DNA of 64,000 nucleotides from a virus, in IMG/VR virus record IMGVR_UViG_3300045256_000135, positions 96,001-160,000 of that record; one strand, 5' to 3'. Below the pieces are notes generated by a model that saw nothing but the letters and a program-made list of their open reading frames with translations, made no database searches and was not told the origin of the DNA. This document shows positions 10,852 to 18,417 of this stretch, in pieces. Every line of letters begins with the position of its first letter. Positions within the stretch are counted from its first letter, which is position 1. Position numbers and translations under genes: made by a program.

Positions 10852-11313
10852 ATGCCCGTTAATCCGCCGAACACACAAGTCCGTACCTCCCATGCGATTA
10901 CACTCAGAGCCAACGGTATCACAGTTGGCATCATCCAGAGCTGGTCGCCGAACCAATCGAGAACGATTACACCGATCTACGAGATCAATCAGGCAACGTC
11001 TGGTGAGCCGATTGAGAACGTTCCGGGTAACGTGGGTGGTCTGACCATCGGTGTTTCTCGATACGATTTGTACACCAAGCGGATGGAGCAGGCGTTTGGC
11101 ACTCCAGATTCCGCAATGCTTGGTGATCACAACAACCCGTTCACCGTGCTGGAAGTTTGGAGATTCCCAAACAATACGGTGGAATCGTTGCTTTACACAG
11201 GCTGCTGGTTCTCGTCAATCGGCAGACAGTACAGCGCAACTGATGCACGCGTTGTCCTTGCCAATGCACAGCTCTCGTACGTCCGCAAGATGTTCGTCCA
11301 GAAGGGTGCGTGA
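10852..11313 (+). CDS. tail tube protein
   Basis: 153 aa right after the sheath; VG.IQS, P.YEI, E.VPG, R..LY and Y.GCW motifs of gp19-like tubes. Confidence 0.85.
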   Translation: MPVNPPNTQVRTSHAITLRANGITVGIIQSWSPNQSRTITPIYEINQATSGEPIENVPGNVGGLTIGVSRYDLYTKRMEQAFGTPDSAMLGDHNNPFTVLEVWRFPNNTVESLLYTGCWFSSIGRQYSATDARVVLANAQLSYVRKMFVQKGA

Positions 11314-11783
11314 TGAAGAAGTTGCTCTTTAGTTTCACTCTGATCTGTATGCTGGTCGTTCCAGAGGGGTGCTCTGATTGGGTTTCGAACTTCAAGAAGG
11401 ATCCAGTTGCTCAGACGCAATCCATTCTGACAACCGTACAGACTGTAGTAGACATCGCTACGATGATCTTCAAGCAGGCCTTGACGGCTCTTCCAAAGGA
11501 CAAGGTTGACGAACTTCAGAAGAAGTTTGACGATATTGTTCTTGTTATCAACAACTCGAAGACCCTGCTGATGGATGGTCTCGAAGTTGCTAAGACCGCA
11601 GGGACAAACCCAACCCTCGGAACGATTGTTGATCAGCTAACCAAGGGCGTTGTTGATCTTCAGGCCTTGGTCAACTCGATCAAGGCGACTACGGGGTCGA
11701 AATTCGGAGCTGGATCTGGACATGAAGACGATCTAGACAAGGCCGTTCACACATACCAGAAGTTCGCTGTTGAACTGAAGTGA
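11313..11783 (+). CDS. putative helical lipoprotein
   Basis: MKK, then a hydrophobic stretch and EG|C (atypical lipobox); amphipathic helical body. Confidence 0.55.
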   Translation: MKKLLFSFTLICMLVVPEGCSDWVSNFKKDPVAQTQSILTTVQTVVDIATMIFKQALTALPKDKVDELQKKFDDIVLVINNSKTLLMDGLEVAKTAGTNPTLGTIVDQLTKGVVDLQALVNSIKATTGSKFGAGSGHEDDLDKAVHTYQKFAVELK

Positions 11784-11789
11784 TCTGAG

Positions 11790-11821
11790 ATCTAGGGTCG
11801 ACCTCTTGGTTGGCCCTAGAT
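11790..11821 (+). terminator. stem-loop (terminator or RNA processing/stability hairpin)
   Basis: ATCTAGGGTCGACC-tctt-GGTTGGCCCTAGAT, 14-bp stem with G-U pairs; weak U-tract. Confidence 0.6.
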
Positions 11822-11946
11822 TCACGTTTAAACAGTCTCTAGTTGAAGCAGACTCCATACTGATATACATGCTAAGGGCGTTACAGAACTCCGTGTAGAG
11901 ACAAGTCTGGAAACGCTACGTAGGTAAATAGCTCTCCGGAGAGGAC

Positions 11947-12552
11947 ATGGAAAAGGAAATCAAGGACGCGAAGGTTAGTGAAGCTCTAAGCTTGATGGAC
12001 GACTTAGAGCAAGAGCTAGATTCAGGCTTTCTCGAAGAGATCGTGCAGGTCCGAGGGAGACTGTGGAAACTTCGTCTGTTGTGTGACCATGAGCAGGCTT
12101 GGGCGATGGGCTATGTGAAGGGTACAACGTTCTCAGCGATTGTACTCTCTCAGAAGACTCCCACACTTGCTATCGCGATCAGAGAGATTGGCAAGTTGAA
12201 CGCTGACGGGTCAAAGTCAATGTTCAGCATCCAAGACTTCTTTGTGAAGGAGTGGGAAGAGGTGACTAAGGGCAGTGCTGCTGAGATTCAGCGCGTGCTG
12301 AACTCCACCAACCCATATGCAGCGCAGTATTGGTTAGCGGAACGAATGTTTGAGTGGCTGTCAAAGCGCCCGCACGAGTTCACCACCGAGTTGTGGACGA
12401 AGTATCAAGAGCTCATGACTCGTCGGGAGAAAGCGGAAACAGCCATGGGAAAATCCTCAGAGGAGGGTGGGAACTCGTCCCAGACGAAGACGACGAGCTC
12501 GTCTCCCTCCTCAGAGACCACCCAGAGCTCCACTGGCGCTGGCAACAGCTAA
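11947..12552 (+). CDS. tail assembly chaperone (gpG-like)
   Basis: Lies between tube and tape measure; acidic and helical; low-complexity S/T tail after the slippery site. Confidence 0.8.
   Translation: MEKEIKDAKVSEALSLMDDLEQELDSGFLEEIVQVRGRLWKLRLLCDHEQAWAMGYVKGTTFSAIVLSQKTPTLAIAIREIGKLNADGSKSMFSIQDFFVKEWEEVTKGSAAEIQRVLNSTNPYAAQYWLAERMFEWLSKRPHEFTTELWTKYQELMTRREKAETAMGKSSEEGGNSSQTKTTSSSPSSETTQSSTGAGNS
12447..12453 (+). other. programmed -1 ribosomal frameshift site G GGA AAA
   Basis: In-frame X XXY YYZ heptamer (ATG GGA AAA); the -1 frame is open to 13100; analogous to lambda G/GT GGGAAAG. Confidence 0.85.
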
Positions 12553-13100
12553 AGATCAAGGCACGCGTCTGTTCTGACAAGCACATCCTACTCTCGGATC
12601 CGAGAGTACGGGAGATGTCACGTACACGATGGCTATTCGAAGCTTGGCAGCTTCGAATGAAGGATGCGAAACACCAGAAAGAGGTCAATACCATCGGGAA
12701 ACAGGGACTTGAGGCGATTCGTGATATACTAATCTCATTACTCGGTTTGAATCTTGCGCCAATTCCCGATGGCACTGATGAGAAAGGTGAGCCAAAGTAC
12801 CGATGGCCTGGCGAGGGTGAATATACACCCATGTTGTTTGCTATCGCAAGGCCAGACTATGCTTCAACTGTGTCAGAAGCAGTCAAAACACTCATCCCGC
12901 AAGAGTTTGACGATCAGCCAGTTCAAGATTTCTCCGAGGACGATCTGGAGTTCTTTGACGAGCTTCAAGCTGACCCAAAGACAGCTTTTTGGAATTCAGA
13001 CGAGATGATCCAGCAACGGAAGGCGTACATCAAAGAGGATGCCTCGATTCCAGCAACCAAGCCTACGCGTGTGAAGATAGAGATAGACGATGACACTTGA
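12453..13100 (+). CDS. frameshift extension of tail chaperone (gpGT-like, about 384 aa fusion from 11947)
   Basis: -1 frame reads GKILRGGWELVPDEDD...; no good independent start; overlaps the tape-measure start. Confidence 0.8.
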   Translation: MLRGGWELVPDEDDELVSLLRDHPELHWRWQQLKIKARVCSDKHILLSDPRVREMSRTRWLFEAWQLRMKDAKHQKEVNTIGKQGLEAIRDILISLLGLNLAPIPDGTDEKGEPKYRWPGEGEYTPMLFAIARPDYASTVSEAVKTLIPQEFDDQPVQDFSEDDLEFFDELQADPKTAFWNSDEMIQQRKAYIKEDASIPATKPTRVKIEIDDDT

Positions 13101-15477
13101 CGCAGAGATTGAGCTAGAGGGCTTTGCTGCGGGTACAGATGCAGCAACTGAACTCGGTAAAGCTGTCACCGAGTATGACGCGCTCGTTGCAAAACTCAAT
13201 GCTCAATTCACTGACTTCGAGAAACTGTTTGACAGACTGAACCAAACAGTTGACAAAGAAACTGCTAAGGTCGGCAAGAACAGCGAAGCTGAGAAGGGTA
13301 AGAAGCAGGAGCTTGATCGTAAGAAACAGCAAGAGCAACAAGAGGCTGAAGAGAAACGACTAAAAGCTCAGATGTCCAAGATGCTTGGGGGCGGCGTGAA
13401 CATGATCGCCTATCAAGCTCAACTGGATAAGCTGAAGGATCAGATGTCTGCTATTGAGCAGGCTGAGAAAAAGGGGTTGGTTACATCTGGTGAGGCAAGT
13501 GACGCGCTAAGCAAGTTGTCAAAGCAATACTCGAAGCTTGAGACTGAGGCTACAGCCTATGCTATTGTTGGTGGTGGCAACATCGGCAAGATGGCGGCTA
13601 AAGCAACTGCCACGCTTCAGTCTCTTCCGGGAGCAGCTCAAGGAGCGGTCAAGAATCAGATTTCAGGCATTGGTACTGGCTTGATGGGGTTGATGAGCGG
13701 ACTTCCAATCGCTGGTGGTCTGTTTGGGCTGATGCTTTACGGTGTTACCAATCGAGATCGGTTAAACGCCGACGCAGGAGAGCTTAGCAACATCTTCCTA
13801 GCTACTGGAAAACGAGCTACTAGTGAAGCGATGGGGTACTTTAGCAGTTTTCAAGAGCAGGCTCAGAAGTACTTGGGGATGTCGAAAGCGGACGTACAAA
13901 CGGTGCTAAACACCTTTGTCAGTGCTGGGATCTCTATTGACCAGATTATGACGAAGCAGCAAGGCAACCTAGGGATGGTCACGCATGACATTGCAACCCT
14001 TTCCCTAGCCATTGATAAGCACTTCGAGATGGCTTCTGGAACATCAGCACGCAATATTGTCACTTTGATCAATGACTTTGGCATGGAGGTAGCCAAAGCT
14101 GGATCAATGTACGAGAAACTTGCGTTTGCTGGCATTCAATCTGGAGTCGGGGTTCAGAATTTCGTCGGTCAGGTGATGCAGTCAGCAACTGCACTCAAGC
14201 AGTACGGTGTGTCAGTTGAAAGTGTAGCTGCATTGTTCTTGAAAGTGCAAGAACATTACGAGAGCCTTGGTATGCCTAAGCAGCTAGCCGGAAACCAGGC
14301 GAGCATCGCGATGGGCCAAATTACATCGGGTCTAGCAAACCTCTCGAACGGTGAACAGTCGTACTTAGGCGAGCGAATGGGGCTAGGTTCTGGGCTTGAG
14401 GCTAGAATGCGGTTCCGTGAAGGTATGACACGATTGACGGGTGGGGAGGGTGGCTCCCCCGACTTCTTGGAGAATCTGCTCCGTGAAAAATACAAGGCAA
14501 CGCTCGAAGCGACTGGTGGGGACAAGACACAAGCTCGATATATCCTCGAACAGACTGGAATGGGCTACGAAGGAGCTAAGCTACTGTCTGAAATTGGCGA
14601 TGATCTTGGCAAAGGTTTGAAGCTATCAGCTTTGACCAAAGAGCAGCGTGATGCTCTAAAAGACTCGTTCATGACTGAAGGGCAGAAGCAATCAGAGCTT
14701 CAAAAAGATCAAAATCGAATCATGGCTGACATGGCGAAGATGGGTGAGGGCACTCTGCAGGTGCTAACCAATCTTGCAGGATGGTTGATCATCTATTTCA
14801 AAGAGTTCCCTGTCTTGTTGATGGGTACCAGTCAAGAGAAGTCTGAGATCAAAGCTGTTGTAGCTGAGTTTCAGCAAGGCATGAAGACCGGGTTGGGCAC
14901 TGTTTGGGATGGTTTGAAATCACTTGGAGCTGACATGGAAGCAGCTTTGAAGCCGATCATCAAACCAATCTTTGATGCATTAGAGTTCGACCCAAATAAG
15001 GCAGCTGGTGTACCAACAATGGCTACCACCATGGGTGACAAAGCTGCGAATGCTGATGCAACCACTAAAGCAGTTGCAGCTCCCTTCATGGCATGGCATA
15101 CAGCCCTAGACTCTGGTGGCGCAGCACTGCAAAAGCATGCTACAGGAATTGCAAATGTGTTGAACCGGAGTGGCTTGATCAAAGACGATCCAGCCCACAA
15201 AGGGTCTACGACTCAGGTTGTGAAGAAACTCGGTGAGTGGTCACAGTTGGGTGGGCAGATCGATTATGATATCGCTGCTGGTTTGGGTTCGCAACAGGCT
15301 AGAGCGTCTCAGTGGGCAAAAGACACCACTGGTTCTGGTGTCTTCAGTGGTGATACCACTGCTACCGCCAGAAAGAAGGAAGAGGACGACTGGGCCAAAC
15401 GAACCACCACCGTGACGGTTGACGTGTACCCCACCTCAAAGCAGGATCAACGACCTACAACGAACACGGGGCAGTAA
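13090..15477 (+). CDS. tape measure protein paralog 1
   Basis: 795 aa, helical, A/G/L/M-rich; follows the G/GT chaperone; hydrophobic LPIAGGLFGLMLYGV segment. Confidence 0.8.
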   Translation: MTLDAEIELEGFAAGTDAATELGKAVTEYDALVAKLNAQFTDFEKLFDRLNQTVDKETAKVGKNSEAEKGKKQELDRKKQQEQQEAEEKRLKAQMSKMLGGGVNMIAYQAQLDKLKDQMSAIEQAEKKGLVTSGEASDALSKLSKQYSKLETEATAYAIVGGGNIGKMAAKATATLQSLPGAAQGAVKNQISGIGTGLMGLMSGLPIAGGLFGLMLYGVTNRDRLNADAGELSNIFLATGKRATSEAMGYFSSFQEQAQKYLGMSKADVQTVLNTFVSAGISIDQIMTKQQGNLGMVTHDIATLSLAIDKHFEMASGTSARNIVTLINDFGMEVAKAGSMYEKLAFAGIQSGVGVQNFVGQVMQSATALKQYGVSVESVAALFLKVQEHYESLGMPKQLAGNQASIAMGQITSGLANLSNGEQSYLGERMGLGSGLEARMRFREGMTRLTGGEGGSPDFLENLLREKYKATLEATGGDKTQARYILEQTGMGYEGAKLLSEIGDDLGKGLKLSALTKEQRDALKDSFMTEGQKQSELQKDQNRIMADMAKMGEGTLQVLTNLAGWLIIYFKEFPVLLMGTSQEKSEIKAVVAEFQQGMKTGLGTVWDGLKSLGADMEAALKPIIKPIFDALEFDPNKAAGVPTMATTMGDKAANADATTKAVAAPFMAWHTALDSGGAALQKHATGIANVLNRSGLIKDDPAHKGSTTQVVKKLGEWSQLGGQIDYDIAAGLGSQQARASQWAKDTTGSGVFSGDTTATARKKEEDDWAKRTTTVTVDVYPTSKQDQRPTTNTGQ

Positions 15478-16259
15478 TGGCGCTCGCAGATTTGGCTTCA
15501 GCACTGACTCAGTCACTTTTTAACAAAGGTGATGGTCTTCAACCGGTTCGAGTCCCAATGGTGTTCTCTTGCACTAGTTGGAGAGCACGGAACATACCAC
15601 CGCTTGCGTTTAGAGTCAACCCTCACCAAGTGGTATTCAAACAAGCGAAGCGTATCTCGAAGAAGAACACTCGAGGTGGGACCGTTTACTGGCACTGGGC
15701 CGACGATCAGGGATCCGACAACGACATCCTGGAGATGCAGTTTCGTGGTAGAACTGGTTCGATTCTGAACAAACCAAACGATGCTAGTGCAGCACCAGGT
15801 GGACCAGCATCAGCCAACTCTCCACTTGTCGGACTAACCAATCCAATCAGTCAAGACAACCCCACTCCAACTGCTGGTGCAACAAAACACTATCAGTGGG
15901 CTCGATTGTATCAGTTGACTAGCCTCCCGACTCTGGACAAAGAGCTGAACCAACTCAACCTGTCTACCGTAATCTACAGAAGCCCACTCTTTCCCAACCC
16001 TGTTCAGTTTACGGGGTTCTTCAACCAAGTCTTGGACTTTGACGAAGTTGCCGAACGTCCGTTTATGACTGAGTATTCGTTCACGTTTGTGGTTCAGAAG
16101 ACACAACCAAACCTAAACACGCTGACTGAGTACCTAGCGCAGGCTCTGCTGATCAACCCACAACAGTCTGCTGCAATCAACAATGCAGTAGCAACAGCTA
16201 ATGCACAACAACAAGCGAACACTGGAGCTGTAACAGGGTCAAACACGAGAAATGGCTGA
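15477..16259 (+). CDS. putative tail-tube initiator / baseplate tube-like protein
   Basis: F.VNP..V...K......TRGG...HW, F.G.TG and F.GFF...F.E....PF..EYSF.F.V motifs; position after the TMP. Confidence 0.6.
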   Translation: MALADLASALTQSLFNKGDGLQPVRVPMVFSCTSWRARNIPPLAFRVNPHQVVFKQAKRISKKNTRGGTVYWHWADDQGSDNDILEMQFRGRTGSILNKPNDASAAPGGPASANSPLVGLTNPISQDNPTPTAGATKHYQWARLYQLTSLPTLDKELNQLNLSTVIYRSPLFPNPVQFTGFFNQVLDFDEVAERPFMTEYSFTFVVQKTQPNLNTLTEYLAQALLINPQQSAAINNAVATANAQQQANTGAVTGSNTRNG

Positions 16260-18417
16260 CATCAAGCTTGAAGGTGCGGTCGACCGATTTAAGAAGCTCG
16301 GAAATGAGCTAGAAAAGCTAATCTCGAGCAAAATCTCGGTAAACGACTCCCTCGCTTCTGTAATTGCTAAGTACAATCAGCCGTCTCCAGCAGAGGTAGA
16401 AGTCCTGCGAACTGAGTTGGTCACAAAGCAAAGAGAGCTGAAAGAGTATGCTCCCTTGTTTGGTGATCGCAGTACTTTGAAGCAAGCGCTCGAATTGAAT
16501 CAGATTCACCAGAAGGTGGTGGATGTTCAAAAAGCAATGCGTATGGGCATTGTGGACATCGAAGCGGGTGAGGAGCAGCTAGCAAAGCTCAGACATGAGA
16601 TGAGTCTTGCTGAGCTAAAAGCACACTCTTTTAGCATGTCTGGCTTGACAGATGAACAGGGTGGTAAAAGTAGCGGTGGGCTTGGATCAAAGCTAGAGGC
16701 TGGAGCAACTGAAGGCATAAACGCAGCAATCACAAAAGTATGCTCAACAATCAGTGGCGAGGCTGCCGGAATTGCGGAAGGTTTACTCGGTTTGTCATCA
16801 GCTCTTCCGGTGGCCGGTGGTCTGTTTGGCTTACTGATGTACGGTGTTAAGGAGCACGATAGACTTCAGCAACAGTCTGGTGCTTTGCTGAACGTCGTGA
16901 GTGCTTACGGAGCAGAAAGCTATCGGAAGTCGATAGCTTGGCTTGACGGTTTTCAAGAGCGAGCCCAGAAATTCTACGGTATTAGTCGAGGAGCAGTTCT
17001 AAGCATCGTTTCGCAATACGTAAACGCAGGCGTAAGCTTGTCTGATTTTCTTTCGGTTTATGATGCTAGCTTAGGCGAAGTGGGGACTAATGCCGTCACA
17101 GCAACCCTAGCTCTGGATAGGACCTTCGAATTGGCAAATGGGTTCACTGCTCGCGGAGCCATTGCACAGATGCGTGCTCATGGCTACTCGATGCATGATG
17201 CCGTGTCTAGAATGGCCTTGATGGAGTCTGCCGTAGCAAAAGCAGGGCTTGGAGTTGAGCGAACTATCACTTGGGCTCTCCAAGCTGCTCAAAACGTGCG
17301 TAGGTTTGGTATAGACGCACAGCAACTAGTAGAAGCATCAATCGCGTTCAGCAGATCACGGAGAAACAAAGGCCTCGGCCAGCAAACTGGTGTTGCACAG
17401 GGTCTGTCCGAATTCACACAGGGACTCTCTTCGTTGTCGACCGCTCGTGAGCTGTGGATGGCGGAACAACTTGGGTACGGTAAGGGTCTACTTGGTCGAT
17501 GGGCTATGCGTGACATGTTGAAGAACGTTGATTCAACTCGTCTCTTGCAGATTGCTAAGATGTTCAGAGATGAAGCTGTCAGGTCTGGTGGAGATGAGAC
17601 TAATGCTCGATTCTTCCTTGAGCGGCAGGGTTTCGGGTTTGAAGGAGCTAGAGCTATCTACGAGCTGGGGGATTTGACTAACAAGGACTTGAAGTTGTCT
17701 GAGCTTGATGCGCAAGCTCTTGGAAACCTCCGCTCTGCATTTGTTGACGAGGGCAGTAAGGTTTCTGAAAATCAACGAAAACTGAACGCGATTTTGGCGA
17801 GTATGCGAACTGTTGCTCAAACCTCTATGAGCATCCTCAGTGACGCGGTTGCGTTTGTGATTGTTGGTGTAGAGTCGCTTCCGTATATCATGTTGGGTAC
17901 CGGTGCTCAGAGAAGGGCAGCATATGCTGAGCTAGAGAGGATCACAGGTGATCTGACCGGAAACGCAGCACTGTTTTGGTCTGGCTTGAAAAGCACCGGC
18001 GAAGGGATAGGCCAGATTCTTGAGCCACACATTCGACCAATTGTCAAAGCATTGGTGTTTGATCCAAAAGTCTCACTAGCACAAAGGGACGCTGCCATAC
18101 AAGCTGCTTCAGATACTGAGAAGCACACTAATCGAGTTGCCGCTTGGCAGAATCCAGTACTCAGACCGGTTGGTGATGCAATGCTATTTGGAGCAAAGAC
18201 AGTTAACCAGGGTCTAAAGGCAACAGGGGCTGATACAACTGACACGGACAAGTGGGGAATTGTCTCTGATCAGAGGATTCAAAAGACCGAACAAACGAGA
18301 GATGAGGCCGATAGCAATGGACCACATTCGATGGCACCAGTTATCAAGCGGCGGATGCACCCTGGAGCTGATTCAGCTGATTCAGTACGTGTTCAAGTGA
18401 CGGTTGCTTATGGCTGA
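16252..18417 (+). CDS. tape measure protein paralog 2
   Basis: 721 aa; collinear motifs shared with 13090 (LPVAGGLFGLLMYGV, FQERAQKFYGIS, ARFFLERQGFGFEGA). Confidence 0.75.
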   Translation: MADIKLEGAVDRFKKLGNELEKLISSKISVNDSLASVIAKYNQPSPAEVEVLRTELVTKQRELKEYAPLFGDRSTLKQALELNQIHQKVVDVQKAMRMGIVDIEAGEEQLAKLRHEMSLAELKAHSFSMSGLTDEQGGKSSGGLGSKLEAGATEGINAAITKVCSTISGEAAGIAEGLLGLSSALPVAGGLFGLLMYGVKEHDRLQQQSGALLNVVSAYGAESYRKSIAWLDGFQERAQKFYGISRGAVLSIVSQYVNAGVSLSDFLSVYDASLGEVGTNAVTATLALDRTFELANGFTARGAIAQMRAHGYSMHDAVSRMALMESAVAKAGLGVERTITWALQAAQNVRRFGIDAQQLVEASIAFSRSRRNKGLGQQTGVAQGLSEFTQGLSSLSTARELWMAEQLGYGKGLLGRWAMRDMLKNVDSTRLLQIAKMFRDEAVRSGGDETNARFFLERQGFGFEGARAIYELGDLTNKDLKLSELDAQALGNLRSAFVDEGSKVSENQRKLNAILASMRTVAQTSMSILSDAVAFVIVGVESLPYIMLGTGAQRRAAYAELERITGDLTGNAALFWSGLKSTGEGIGQILEPHIRPIVKALVFDPKVSLAQRDAAIQAASDTEKHTNRVAAWQNPVLRPVGDAMLFGAKTVNQGLKATGADTTDTDKWGIVSDQRIQKTEQTRDEADSNGPHSMAPVIKRRMHPGADSADSVRVQVTVAYG

